17,454 bases of DNA from a virus (Duplodnaviria > Heunggongvirae > Uroviricota > Caudoviricetes): positions 1-17,454 of the IMG/VR virus record IMGVR_UViG_2579778773_000004; one strand, written 5' to 3'. Positions 6,376 through 15,231 of the stretch are shown here, in pieces (position 1 is the first letter of the stretch; the number at the start of each line of letters is the position of its first letter). A program made the translations under genes and the position numbers. The notes below the pieces were generated by a model, which worked only from the letters and a program-made list of their open reading frames with translations, was not told the origin of the DNA and searched no databases.

Positions 6376-6906
6376 TTATCCTGGGTAAACCGTAATAACA
6401 TCGCCGTCATAAGCCACACCACCGGCAAACAGATAACCGGGGATGTCCTGGGTAATATTCAGACCAATAAGGTGACGACTTGCAGGTTTGGCATCGGCAA
6501 TCAGCCGTTCCATTTCCAGATACATCTCCTCCGTGATGCCGCTTTCCAGTACGCCGATATCAAGCCGGAAGGTGCCGGGCGGGTCGCTGTTTTCCCACCA
6601 CTCCGTCACGTTGATGAGATAGCCGAGCGGCTCCACCACACGGCGAATCGCACCAATAGTGCCCTTATGGCAGTGAATGAAATACGCATCGCGGATAACG
6701 GCGCGTTTTGTCGCTTCCGGCCACTTTTCATCCCAGCGGTCAACCGAAAATGACCACGCCAGCCACGGCAGCAGATTTGCCGGACAGGTGTCCGGGTTCC
6801 ACAGCTCACGAATACTGACCGGCGTTTTTTCAATTTCCGCACAGGCTTTTGCGGCGGCAACTTCAAGCGGTGATGAGCCTGTCGGCAGCAGTCGCGAATC
6901 ATTCAT
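6376..6906 (-). CDS. I: Baseplate/tail protein gpI
   Basis: 176 aa, the same length and position as P2 gpI between J and H. Its start overlaps the J stop. The sequence (MNDSRLLPTGSSPLEVAAAKA...) matches my recollection of P2 gpI. Confidence 0.9.
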   Translation of the reverse strand: MNDSRLLPTGSSPLEVAAAKACAEIEKTPVSIRELWNPDTCPANLLPWLAWSFSVDRWDEKWPEATKRAVIRDAYFIHCHKGTIGAIRRVVEPLGYLINVTEWWENSDPPGTFRLDIGVLESGITEEMYLEMERLIADAKPASRHLIGLNITQDIPGYLFAGGVAYDGDVITVYPG

Positions 6907-7807
6907 CCGAGCCTCCGGTCACGACGCTGTATTCGGTACAGAAAGACGCCTGCGTACTGTTGAGCACGATGTCGGCCAGTGGTGCAGCCAGTTCGACACG
7001 CTGCACGCCTTCCACATGCAAAGCGGCATAAATGGCAGACAGACGGATGTCGCGCCCCAGCCGGTGCTGTGCCGTGATATACGCTTCCAGTTCTTTCACG
7101 GCGGCCGCGCGAATGGGTTCTCTTTCAGGACCAGGGTAAAGGTAAAGCGTGGCGTTTATCTGGTATTCAACGATGGCAGCAGACTGCACGTTCACACGAT
7201 CGGCCACCGGTCTGACGTCCTCGCCATTAAGGGCGTTACGCACCACAGCCAGCAGGTCTTCGGATGCGACACCGTTATTTTCACGTGACAGCACAGAGAT
7301 GGTGACACAGGCCGGAGACGGACTGGTGACAGAGATATCCGCGACACGCCCGTCGGCACTGCGACCATGATACTGATAGGCGCCCACCGACCCGGCGACG
7401 CTTAAACCTTCAAACGCCTGCTGAATACGCAGACGATAATCCGTGTCAGATTCCATCACTGCCGGTGTCGGCGGGATGGTCGAATCATCTGCCGGGGTGA
7501 TAATCAGGCGCGCGGTGTTGTAATTGGCACCAATCACATCAAGGTCATTACCAGCGGCACAGGCCAGCATCACCGCCCGTGCGGCCTCATTCACACGCTG
7601 ACGCCAGATAAGCTCACGATAAGCATTTTCCTCCAGCAGTTTGACGAGAGGCTCGGATTCCAGCGTCAGGGTACGGGCAACCGCCTCCTGCTGGTCTTCC
7701 GGGTAAAGGGAAATCAGTGTCGCCTTGCGTTCGGCAAGAATGGTTTCAAAGTCCAGCTCCTCGACCACATCCGGTGCGGGTAGCTGGTTCAGGTCGATAA
7801 TCGGCAT
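6899..7807 (-). CDS. J: Baseplate wedge protein gpJ (T4 gp6-like)
   Basis: 302 aa with P2 synteny W-J-I. The N-terminus MPIIDLNQLPAPDVVEELDFETILAERKA is typical of gpJ. Confidence 0.93.
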   Translation of the reverse strand: MPIIDLNQLPAPDVVEELDFETILAERKATLISLYPEDQQEAVARTLTLESEPLVKLLEENAYRELIWRQRVNEAARAVMLACAAGNDLDVIGANYNTARLIITPADDSTIPPTPAVMESDTDYRLRIQQAFEGLSVAGSVGAYQYHGRSADGRVADISVTSPSPACVTISVLSRENNGVASEDLLAVVRNALNGEDVRPVADRVNVQSAAIVEYQINATLYLYPGPEREPIRAAAVKELEAYITAQHRLGRDIRLSAIYAALHVEGVQRVELAAPLADIVLNSTQASFCTEYSVVTGGSDE

Positions 7808-7811
7808 GGTT

Positions 7812-8159
7812 TCAACTCACAGGGATGGTTAACGAAAGTTGCTGGCCGGTGTCGTTGTGCTGGCCGTTTAACGTAACTGTCATTCGCCCGTCAAAACTGC
7901 GCTCAGTGGTGACGGATGACAGGGTGACGCGGGGTTCCCATTTCAGCACCGCCATGTAACAGGCGACCTTAATCTGCAACTCAAGCGCCGGGGTCTGCGG
8001 CTGGTCAATCATTGACGCCAGCAACGAGCCGTAATCACGACGCATCACCCGTGAGCCGACCGGTGTGCGCAGGATATCGCCGATACTCTGGCTGATATGC
8101 TCAAGGTCAGTGACAGTCAGGCCATCACTGCAATTCATTCCGAGATAACGCGCTGTCAT
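7812..8159 (-). CDS. W: Baseplate wedge protein gpW (T4 gp25-like)
   Basis: 115 aa with an ATGA overlap with the V stop. The SIGDILRTPVGSRVMRRDYGS motif is typical of the GPW/gp25 family. Confidence 0.93.
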   Translation of the reverse strand: MTARYLGMNCSDGLTVTDLEHISQSIGDILRTPVGSRVMRRDYGSLLASMIDQPQTPALELQIKVACYMAVLKWEPRVTLSSVTTERSFDGRMTVTLNGQHNDTGQQLSLTIPVS

Positions 8160-8791
8160 AGAGGACTCCCGGTTGTGCCGCCGCTGTCGCCGGGGTGTTT
8201 ATGGGTATGCAGCACCTTACCGTTTGATGAGAGTTCACCACCGGTGTGTTCAATGTTGCCGCGCATCGTCCCACCCTTCTGCACTTCCAGCGTGCCGGTA
8301 GTCAGTTTGTTAGTGCAGACCACCTCCGGTGTGTCCAGGGTGACGCGGGTTGATGCTTTCACCATGACCACCGGCACCGTGGCAGTAACAGAATCAGAAG
8401 CCGTCACGCTGGCCGTTTTAATTCCGCTTACCGTGAGTGCACTGGTTTCGGGTTCATACTCAATCACCGCCCCGTCAGGGAAACGGATATGCAGGGCATC
8501 CGCCGACGCAGACGGCGCGGGGTTATCGCCGGAATAAATCCCCGGCAGAACGAACGCCGTGTCGAGTTCACCGCCCACAGCCAGAATCAGCACCTGTTCC
8601 CCCACGGAAGGTGCCCACCATGTGCGCGAACGTCCGGCACGATGGGTCAGCCACTGAAGCCAGTCGGTGCACATGCCGCCGGTCTGCACACGGCAGCGAC
8701 CGGCGTTAAGGTCGGTTTCGACGATAATGCCGGTGCGGATCATGTTGCGCAGTGCGCGCGCGAGTTCCTGAATATTTGCGAGAGTGTTCAT
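8156..8791 (-). CDS. V: Baseplate central spike protein gpV
   Basis: 211 aa, first gene after the S-V intergenic gap, as in the P2 V operon. The C-terminal HTHKHPGDSGGTTGSPL tip motif is typical of P2 gpV. Confidence 0.93.
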   Translation of the reverse strand: MNTLANIQELARALRNMIRTGIIVETDLNAGRCRVQTGGMCTDWLQWLTHRAGRSRTWWAPSVGEQVLILAVGGELDTAFVLPGIYSGDNPAPSASADALHIRFPDGAVIEYEPETSALTVSGIKTASVTASDSVTATVPVVMVKASTRVTLDTPEVVCTNKLTTGTLEVQKGGTMRGNIEHTGGELSSNGKVLHTHKHPGDSGGTTGSPL

Positions 8792-8803
8792 AACGGGAAG
8801 GAT

Positions 8804-8825
8804 GCCGCCGGGTCATACCGGCGGC
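8804..8825 (-). other. GC-rich perfect hairpin (gccgccgg / ccggcggc, 6-nt loop) in the S-V intergenic region
   Basis: An 8-bp perfect inverted repeat lies 33 nt downstream of the S stop and about 12 nt upstream of the V ATG. On the minus strand it is followed by ATCCTTCCCGTT, which is only weakly U-rich. In P2 the O-operon/V-operon boundary lies here. Its role as a terminator, attenuator or leader structure is not resolved. Confidence 0.3.
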
Positions 8826-8857
8826 AATGTGACGATGAGGTGTCAGGAATGGCACAA

Positions 8858-9310
8858 CTAACGGTCGAGGTGAGCCAGAATAATCTCTTCAATCATCTGC
8901 ACATCCTCACCGGTAAAGCCGAGCAGAGGACGCGCCGGATAATCAATTTTCTTACCGTCTTTCCGGGTTTCTTCCGACAGACCGAACTGATGCACGCTGG
9001 CGATTTTCGGTGACTTCCCGCCGTAAAACTCCATTGATGCCTGTTCCGGGCTGGCGTGGATATGCAAAAAACGACTGGTGATAAGTTTCGCAAACATTTT
9101 TCGCTTAACACGACCAGTCTTTTTTCTGGCGCTCTGCTGCTGGCGTGGCGCGTAGGGTGTGCCGTCCGGGGCTTTCTGAGCCATCACCCGACGCTGCTGA
9201 CTCTGCCGCAGACGCTTCGCCAGCTCTGCACTCAGCCGCCGACGCCCTGACGGTGACAGCGACTCAATAAGTCCGGTCAGCCGGTCTTCAAAACGCTTAA
9301 ACTCATTCAT
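8858..9310 (-). CDS. S: Tail completion protein gpS
   Basis: 150 aa with P2 synteny R-S. Its start overlaps the R stop by 8 nt. The sequence MNEFKRFEDRLTGLIESLSPSGRRRLSAELAKRLRQSQQ matches my recollection of P2 gpS. Confidence 0.9.
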   Translation of the reverse strand: MNEFKRFEDRLTGLIESLSPSGRRRLSAELAKRLRQSQQRRVMAQKAPDGTPYAPRQQQSARKKTGRVKRKMFAKLITSRFLHIHASPEQASMEFYGGKSPKIASVHQFGLSEETRKDGKKIDYPARPLLGFTGEDVQMIEEIILAHLDR

Positions 9311-9770
9311 CCCACTTGCTCACCAGTTCGCCATTGATATAAAGCTCCATCGGGCGGGTGACCGGCTCCGGCGGCGTGGGTTCCGGGATATTCTTCACAT
9401 GCAGCGCGCCGTCCACCTCACTGACCAGCGTGCGCTCGGTCAGCATCAGGCTGATGCTGATATCAAAGCTGCTGTCATTGTTGATGTCTGCATAAAACGT
9501 GAAGCCCTTTTTCTGGCCTTCGTCGGTGGTCATGATGTCGGGCTGATTTTCCCGCAGCCACGCCAGCACCGGCACGATGAGCAGGTCAAAATCACCGGTA
9601 AAGTCGGTCACAATGACATTGAGCGTGTAACGCTTTTCGAATGACAACGACGCCGCCAGTGTGGAGGCAATACTCCCGTTATCCACGAATATCCGCAGCA
9701 TATCGGGGTTAGTTTTCAGCACCGTGACGGCATCAGTCAGCGCCCTGCGCAGGCTGTCGGGTTTGAGCAT
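9303..9770 (-). CDS. R: Tail completion protein gpR
   Basis: 155 aa with P2 synteny after the lysis cassette. The sequence MLKPDSLRRALTDAVTVLKTNPDMLRIFVDNGSI matches my recollection of P2 gpR. Confidence 0.9.
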   Translation of the reverse strand: MLKPDSLRRALTDAVTVLKTNPDMLRIFVDNGSIASTLAASLSFEKRYTLNVIVTDFTGDFDLLIVPVLAWLRENQPDIMTTDEGQKKGFTFYADINNDSSFDISISLMLTERTLVSEVDGALHVKNIPEPTPPEPVTRPMELYINGELVSKWDE

Positions 9771-10023
9771 CGTTTTCGTCCTGACAGTGTTTAATCATTT
9801 TTACCTGGCTGGCACAACGTGCCAGCGCGTTCTCGAGCTGCCGGATATCGGCACTTAAATCGCCGTTCGTCTCCGGGTCACTGCCCGGCATCGGGCAAAG
9901 GCTCACTTTCGGGCAGGCGTTGGCGACAATCACTGGCGTCGGTGCAGGCGGGGCGCTGGTGCAACCGGCGCACAGCATCAGGCAGGTCAGCACCGTACCA
10001 GCGGCGAAAATCTTCGTTTTCAT
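9733..10023 (-). CDS. lysC: LysC, an Rz1-like outer-membrane lipoprotein spanin subunit embedded out of frame in lysB and running into R
   Basis: The ATG at 10021-10023 lies inside ORF 9733..10140 and gives 96 aa: MKTKIFAAGTVLTCLMLCAGC..., a signal peptide ending in a lipobox-like LCAGC, then a Pro-rich segment. The architecture is the same as P2 lysB/lysC. Confidence 0.8.
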   Translation of the reverse strand: MKTKIFAAGTVLTCLMLCAGCTSAPPAPTPVIVANACPKVSLCPMPGSDPETNGDLSADIRQLENALARCASQVKMIKHCQDENDAQTRQPAQGAD

Positions 10024-10303
10024 TAAGTAACCTCGTGATGGTTTTCTCGCGCTGTGCTTCACGCTTCGCGGCGTTCTCCAGTTCCTGACGCAGTGCCACC
10101 TGCGCCAACTCGTTTTTGTCTGCCCTGGTGAGGGCAGCATGAAGCTGATTTTTCAGCATGATGATGGTCGTCTGCTGTTCACTGGCGACGTTGTTCACCC
10201 TGTCCAGCGAGGCGCGCAGGCTGGCGTTTTCATGCTTCGCCAGAAACAGTCCCGCCACCGCCAGCGATAACAACACAACCAGCACAATCATCAGCTTTGA
10301 CAT
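9878..10303 (-). CDS. lysB: LysB, an Rz-like inner-membrane spanin subunit
   Basis: 141 aa with an N-terminal TM segment (LMIVLVVLLSLAVAGLFL) followed by a coiled-coil-like charged region. Its position after lysA matches P2. Confidence 0.85.
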   Translation of the reverse strand: MSKLMIVLVVLLSLAVAGLFLAKHENASLRASLDRVNNVASEQQTTIIMLKNQLHAALTRADKNELAQVALRQELENAAKREAQREKTITRLLNENEDFRRWYGADLPDAVRRLHQRPACTDASDCRQRLPESEPLPDAGQ

Positions 10304-10716
10304 GGTTCCCGCCCCTCAAGACGCTGACGGCAGGCCGTGCGTATCAGCCGGAAAAACAGCGACGCCACGAGATAAATCAGCGCAGTAAAAATCCACCCGG
10401 TGGCAACCAGCGAGATAAACGTCGCCACCATCACTACCAGAGCCGCCGCCCGTCTGCACCACGGCACCGGCTGCAAAAACAGCGACGTGACAATCTTCAC
10501 GGCCAGCGATTCCGGTGGCAACTCCCGCCCGTAGCGTTCCAGCACATACTCCGTGGCATACACGCCAACACCACCGGCAACCACACAGATAACCGTCACC
10601 AGAATCGCCCAGGCAGCGACAAAATTGACGGCCACGCTCTGCGGGTAAATCAGGGACAGTGCCAGCATCAGCGCCAGCGACACATTCAGCATCAGTGAAA
10701 GGGATAATTTCTTCAT
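10291..10716 (-). CDS. lysA: LysA, a multi-pass membrane lysis-timing protein (antiholin-like)
   Basis: 141 aa with about 4 hydrophobic segments. It lies between K and lysB, as in P2. Confidence 0.85.
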   Translation of the reverse strand: MKKLSLSLMLNVSLALMLALSLIYPQSVAVNFVAAWAILVTVICVVAGGVGVYATEYVLERYGRELPPESLAVKIVTSLFLQPVPWCRRAAALVVMVATFISLVATGWIFTALIYLVASLFFRLIRTACRQRLEGREPCQS

Positions 10717-10730
10717 GGTGTTTACTCCGT

Positions 10731-11228
10731 TTAAGCCAGTACGCCGCCAGCGGTACGCCAGACGGTGACCAGTTTTTCCAGTGAATGCTCACGCTGACCG
10801 TAACCGGCACCCGGCAGGGACGCCCAGATATTTCGACAGCGTGAAATGGCGCGCTCAATACGTCCCGCCCGGATGTCATCCAGCGCACCGCGTTCGCGGA
10901 TCAACTGAATGGCGAGTCTGTCCTGTGACAGCGGACTGAAATCCGGCAGGGCAAGCTGTTTGCGGTAATGCGGCCAGAACAGGTAAAGCTGCTGATAGCG
11001 ACCGGAGGCCGTGGATTTTTCACCGCGACGGTTAAACACCTTCGCCGGTCGGCCATGTGCGAACGGGTGGTCACTGTAGTCGGTGAAGATTTCCGGCTTC
11101 CCGTCCAGTCCGGTGACTATCACGTCATAGCCACGGTTTTTCGTCAGCGGATGATTCGCCGTCCCTTCGGACACCGCCAGCATGTCGAGAAAGGCGGCGA
11201 TATTCTGGTGCGTGTTAATTACCGGCAT
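10731..11228 (-). CDS. K: Endolysin gpK (lambda R-like lysozyme/transglycosylase fold)
   Basis: 165 aa. The sequence MPVINTHQNIAAFLDMLAVSEGT...GRYQ carries the conserved catalytic-Glu context (SEGT). It has a TAATG overlap with holin Y. Confidence 0.93.
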   Translation of the reverse strand: MPVINTHQNIAAFLDMLAVSEGTANHPLTKNRGYDVIVTGLDGKPEIFTDYSDHPFAHGRPAKVFNRRGEKSTASGRYQQLYLFWPHYRKQLALPDFSPLSQDRLAIQLIRERGALDDIRAGRIERAISRCRNIWASLPGAGYGQREHSLEKLVTVWRTAGGVLA

Positions 11229-11509
11229 TACGGTTTCCCCCTGCCCTTAAAGCGGCGCTGAATGGCAATCTCAATCACCTGATAACCGGCGATACCCAGC
11301 ATGGAGCCGATGCCGCACACCGCAGGCAGTGACAGGTCAGGAAACTGCACCAGAACAACACCGGCAACCATCGAGACAAAACCACCGAGCAACATGCGCC
11401 CGATAAACAGACGCGGGGTGATGGGTTCACCACCGGCAAGCACCTTGCCGACAACAATCAGCACCCCAATCATGAAAAGCGACAGGACGCTTTTTTCTTC
11501 TGCTGTCAT
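11228..11509 (-). CDS. Y: Holin gpY
   Basis: 93 aa with three hydrophobic segments and a basic C-terminus (RRFKGRGKP). Position and length match P2 Y. Confidence 0.9.
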   Translation of the reverse strand: MTAEEKSVLSLFMIGVLIVVGKVLAGGEPITPRLFIGRMLLGGFVSMVAGVVLVQFPDLSLPAVCGIGSMLGIAGYQVIEIAIQRRFKGRGKP

Positions 11510-11512
11510 GCG

Positions 11513-11716
11513 TTACTCCCACAGATTGACAGTTTCAGCCACGGGCGCGGTCTGAACGTCGGGCAGTTCGACGGCGGTGCCGTGTGGCAGCACCGCACCC
11601 AGTTCAGCCAGTCCCGGATTTGCGGCGAGCACGGTCTCAACCACGCCCTCAGTGCGCCCGTAATACCGGACACAAATGGCGTCGAGCGTGTCGCCCTGTA
11701 GCGCAAAGGTCTTCAT
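11513..11716 (-). CDS. X: Tail protein X (LysM-like)
   Basis: I trimmed the ORF-track 90-aa ORF to the ATG at 11714-11716, which gives the 67-aa sequence MKTFALQGDTLDAICVRYYGRTEGVVETVLAANPGLAELG... matching my recollection of P2 gpX. It has a TGATG overlap with the L stop. Confidence 0.9.
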   Translation of the reverse strand: MKTFALQGDTLDAICVRYYGRTEGVVETVLAANPGLAELGAVLPHGTAVELPDVQTAPVAETVNLWE

Positions 11717-12225
11717 CAGATTTGACTCACGATGCAGCGCGGCTTGTCCTGGATGCGCGCCACTGCCCAGCGCATATCCCGCCACAACTCATCAATGGTG
11801 CTGTCAATGCTGTCGGCCTTCTTGTCGCCTTTCGCACTGGCATCCACGCCGCGGTAACGCTCATAAAGCGACGCGGTCGCCATCGCACACACGGCGCGCT
11901 CGTAGTAAAATACTTTGATGCTTTCACCGTCGATGTCGTCCGCCGGGACGTCCGCCAGACGCGTAAAACCGGCGGCAATTTTCTGTTCGCGGTACTCGTA
12001 CAGCTCCGCATTCGTCTCCGCCATACCTGACTTGATGGCCTCACGCAGACGGGCGGGGGCGACGGTCTGCTCAAGGCGCATACGTTCCCGGACGCGCTTC
12101 GGGTCGATATCGGGAAAAAAGAACGTGTTTTTAATCACCGGCTCGTCGCCTGCCGGTTGCGGGATGACCACCGTACCCTCACCGGATACAGGAGCCTCCT
12201 TTCGCGGAATAATCAGCGTCATCAT
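11716..12225 (-). CDS. L: Head completion/stabilisation protein gpL
   Basis: I trimmed to ATGATG at 12220-12225 (GAGGT Shine-Dalgarno upstream), giving 169 aa, MMTLIIPRKEAPVSGEGTVV..., the length and sequence I recall for P2 gpL. Confidence 0.9.
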   Translation of the reverse strand: MMTLIIPRKEAPVSGEGTVVIPQPAGDEPVIKNTFFFPDIDPKRVRERMRLEQTVAPARLREAIKSGMAETNAELYEYREQKIAAGFTRLADVPADDIDGESIKVFYYERAVCAMATASLYERYRGVDASAKGDKKADSIDSTIDELWRDMRWAVARIQDKPRCIVSQI

Positions 12226-12324
12226 GACTACCTCTGAAAAGTCGGGCGGTGGACGCCGGTGCAGTGTCAGATGATTCACCCTCACTGACCGGCGTGCCGC
12301 CCTGGCGCGGGGCGCATTCGGTTG

Positions 12325-13068
12325 TTAACTGGCTTTCTTTTTCGGGCGTCCACGTTTTGCCGGGGTCACGCTCCGGGTCTTACGCGGGGTGCGGGTGACC
12401 GCTTTGGGCTGCGGCTCCGGCTTCGGTTTCAGCTCCCGCTCCAGTCGTTCAATCTCTTTTTTAACGCCTGCCTGACAGTCGAGCTGTGTCGCACGTTGCA
12501 GGTGCGCCAGCGCACCGGCGGCATCACCAGCGTCACGCAGAAACAGACCGGTGATTTTGTGCAGATTTGCGCGCACTTCATCAGGCATGTCAGCCGTGGC
12601 GGTCAGTTCAAGGGTGTCCGTCAGCAGGCGGGTATCCACGGATTCACCGGCAGCGTGGGCGCGCATGGCCGCGAGCGCGACCTCCTCGGTGAACATGTAC
12701 GGCGGGGTGCGGCGGTGTTTACCCGGCATGGTCAGACCGTACTTCAGGGCATAACGGGCAATCTCCAGCGCACCGGCAATATCGCCGGTATCCAGACGCC
12801 ACAGCATGACCGTCATCAGAATGTCATCCTGTGCACCTTTGCCCTGCTCCAGCACGCCGTTCACCCACGGCAACCAGAACGGCAGCAGTTCGCGTTTTTT
12901 CGCGGCCTTCAGCTCTTTTGAATAAATCGCTTTCAGTGTGCGCTGGTCTGCGGCGAGCTTAACCAGCATCTGCTCATAGACAGTTGCATGTCGCAGCGGG
13001 GCGGCTTCCCGCTGCGCGGTCATCGCTGCCGAGACCCGCATCATGTGGCGCTGTGCGGGACTCGTCAT
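12325..13068 (-). CDS. M: Terminase small (endonuclease) subunit gpM
   Basis: 247 aa with P2 synteny N-M-L and a basic C-terminal tail (PRKTRSVTPAKRGRPKKKAS). Confidence 0.9.
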   Translation of the reverse strand: MTSPAQRHMMRVSAAMTAQREAAPLRHATVYEQMLVKLAADQRTLKAIYSKELKAAKKRELLPFWLPWVNGVLEQGKGAQDDILMTVMLWRLDTGDIAGALEIARYALKYGLTMPGKHRRTPPYMFTEEVALAAMRAHAAGESVDTRLLTDTLELTATADMPDEVRANLHKITGLFLRDAGDAAGALAHLQRATQLDCQAGVKKEIERLERELKPKPEPQPKAVTRTPRKTRSVTPAKRGRPKKKAS

Positions 13069-13071
13069 CGG

Positions 13072-14145
13072 TTACGCTCCCGGCTCTGCGGTCGCTTTAG
13101 CCGGTGTGGAGAAGTCACCGACCTTGATTTTTTCCACCAGACAACCGGCGGCGTAGTCTTCCACCACGTAATCAATGTTCATTGACTCGTAGTTCTCCAC
13201 GCGGTCGAGTTTCGGGTTTTCCTCAATCACGCGGCGATGGCTGTCATCCATGTAGTAGATGGACAGGTTTTCCAGCTTCGTGATGAGCATCGCATCCGCC
13301 GGGAAGTACGGGACGCGTACCGCTGGCAGGTTGCCGATGCGTTTCTGGCTGATGATGACGTCAGCGGCCAGCATTTCGCTGTTGTCCTGCTCCTTGTTGA
13401 CGATGGGAAAATACTTGTCCGCCAGTAGCTGACGTCCCACAATCACCACAAGGTCAGGTTCTTCCTGATACCACGGCTCAATCAGGTTGTTGGTCGCATC
13501 CATCACCAGTGCATCAAGGCTGGCATAATCACCGCCCTTACCCACGCGGATGACCTCAGAGGTGGTGCGGCCTTCCTCGTCAGTGACCTTGCTCATCACG
13601 CGCGCCGGGGCTTCATTGCGGTATTTCTGCAGCCAGCCGACCGCCACATCCTGCAGCATCGGATTACTGTTGCGGTCAGAGGTTTCGGCACGCTTCACGC
13701 CGTTAAAACCGGCCATGATGAAATCAAGGGACTGGCGTTTGATAATGGCGTTACGGATACGGAGCTGGAAATCCTGATAACGCGCCCACAGGTCCAGCGT
13801 TTTGTAGCGGATATAAAAATCGAAGTTAACCTGGTCGCATTCGTACTTGTTTGACGCCAGCTTCGAGAAGTCCTTCGGCTGACGCTCGGTGCCACCGGCG
13901 GTGTCGGTGGTGCTGGCAATGGGGCCGGTGACACCGATACCAATTTTTTCCCCTTTCATTTCGCTGACCGGCACAATGTTGATGCGGGTCAGAAAGTCAG
14001 AGGACTCCTGCATGGTGTTCATCAGGGTCTGGGTGACCGACGGTTCAACGGTGAATTTTTTCGACACATCACCGGCGTCGATGCCGTTCAGTTCGGCAAC
14101 ACGGGACAGGTAGGCATTAAATTTAAAACGGGTTTCCTGGCGCAT
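13072..14145 (-). CDS. N: Major capsid protein gpN
   Basis: 357 aa, the same length as P2 gpN. AGGA Shine-Dalgarno. The sequence MRQETRFKFNAYLSRVAELNGIDAGDVSKKFTVEPSVTQ matches my recollection. Confidence 0.95.
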   Translation of the reverse strand: MRQETRFKFNAYLSRVAELNGIDAGDVSKKFTVEPSVTQTLMNTMQESSDFLTRINIVPVSEMKGEKIGIGVTGPIASTTDTAGGTERQPKDFSKLASNKYECDQVNFDFYIRYKTLDLWARYQDFQLRIRNAIIKRQSLDFIMAGFNGVKRAETSDRNSNPMLQDVAVGWLQKYRNEAPARVMSKVTDEEGRTTSEVIRVGKGGDYASLDALVMDATNNLIEPWYQEEPDLVVIVGRQLLADKYFPIVNKEQDNSEMLAADVIISQKRIGNLPAVRVPYFPADAMLITKLENLSIYYMDDSHRRVIEENPKLDRVENYESMNIDYVVEDYAAGCLVEKIKVGDFSTPAKATAEPGA

Positions 14146-14203
14146 ATTTGTTCCTGAAATTAAGGGTTAATCGTGAAGGTTTTCCCGGACTGACTGACGC
14201 CGG

Positions 14204-15058
14204 TCAGCAGTTCGTCATCAGGGCGTCTCCGCCACCGCCGGTGGCCTTGCTGCGGCGCTGCTGGGTCAGACTTTCGGTGTTGTCGAGACTGTTTTTCAGG
14301 CGGGTGAATGCCTGGCTGGTTTCATCCGCCCTGTCAGTCACCTCCTGCTTAAGTGCGGAAAAGGCGTTTTCCATCTCAGCGAGGCGCTGCTCAGTGGCGC
14401 TCAGTTTTTCCTGCACATGTTCAGCAACAGCGGTCACCGCTTCATGCACGTCATTCAGACGGGCGTCATCGCTGGCCTGTTTGCGGCCAAAAATGGATTT
14501 CACCTTTTCGGTCAGGGCGGTGAACACGGTTTCAGGCAGGTCTTCAAATTCCAGCTCAACGGGCGTTGCCACTGAAATCAGGTTTTCAGGGCTTAATTTG
14601 AAGCGGTTCAGGGGGTTGTGTTTTGCCGTGCGGCAGAATTCCAGGTATTCCGTGCCGAGGCTTGCCGGGTCATCGGTGACGGCCAGACCCACCAGATAAC
14701 ATTTGCCGGTATTGGCAAAGTTCGGCTGAATTTCCATTGAGGTGTAGACCTTCTGCGCGGCCTTGTTCATCGCGATAAGGTCATCGGTCGGGGTGATTTT
14801 CGCAAACAGCGCCCATTTGCCTTTCAGCGCCGAATCATCGTCAATCTTTTCGGCCTTCAGTTCGACCACATCGCCATAACGCTTAAAAATACCGTCAGGC
14901 AGGATGCCGCGCAGATGTTCCAGGTTAATGCGGCAACCATAGACTCGCGGGTCAAAGGTTTCGGCCATTTCCTGAATATCCTGCGCACTGATGACACGCC
15001 CGTCACAGGTGTCACCCTCAACGCCGATACGAAAGAATTTTGAGACTTTTTTTGCCAT
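14204..15058 (-). CDS. O: Capsid scaffolding protein/protease gpO
   Basis: I trimmed to the ATG at 15056-15058, giving 284 aa, MAKKVSKFFRIGVEGDTCDGRVISAQDIQEMAETFDP..., the length and N-terminus I recall for P2 gpO. Confidence 0.93.
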   Translation of the reverse strand: MAKKVSKFFRIGVEGDTCDGRVISAQDIQEMAETFDPRVYGCRINLEHLRGILPDGIFKRYGDVVELKAEKIDDDSALKGKWALFAKITPTDDLIAMNKAAQKVYTSMEIQPNFANTGKCYLVGLAVTDDPASLGTEYLEFCRTAKHNPLNRFKLSPENLISVATPVELEFEDLPETVFTALTEKVKSIFGRKQASDDARLNDVHEAVTAVAEHVQEKLSATEQRLAEMENAFSALKQEVTDRADETSQAFTRLKNSLDNTESLTQQRRSKATGGGGDALMTNC

Positions 15059-15231
15059 TGTCAGGAGTCCTGAATAGTGATTAGAGGAGTCACATGTCGG
15101 CATCAGTTTCCCGACGATGCGCATCCTCTGCCATCAGTCCCGGATGGCTTATCACTGACACAACAGCACCTTAGCGAATCGCGGGGCGCGACTCAGTAGC
15201 CTTGCCGTGTATTCATCACGGCGAGGTATTC
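15059..15231. promoter_or_regulatory. Divergent intergenic region expected to hold the Ogr-dependent late promoters P_O (minus strand) and P_P (plus strand)
   Basis: A 173-bp gap lies between the divergently transcribed O and P genes, which is where P2 places P_O and P_P. I could not find an exact TGT-N12-ACA activator box by eye; the closest is TGG-N12-ACA at 15145-15162. The call therefore rests on synteny. Confidence 0.4.

Noticed and set aside
14204-15124. Longer N-terminal extensions offered by the ORF track for O (15124), L (12285), X (11785), P (TTG at 15202) and the GT51-like ORF (1188).
   Set aside because: The internal ATGs at 15058, 12225, 11716, 15232 and 1152 reproduce the P2 protein lengths and N-termini I recall. 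Most are preceded by recognisable Shine-Dalgarno sequences (for O it is only a weak GGA). They remove implausible overlaps with upstream genes or intergenic promoters.
15059-15231. Exact Ogr/Delta activator boxes (TGT-N12-ACA) for the late promoters.
   Set aside because: I found no exact match by eye in the O/P intergenic region or in the S-V junction, only TGG-N12-ACA and TGT-N10-ACA. I did not annotate specific boxes. The promoter region is called on synteny alone.
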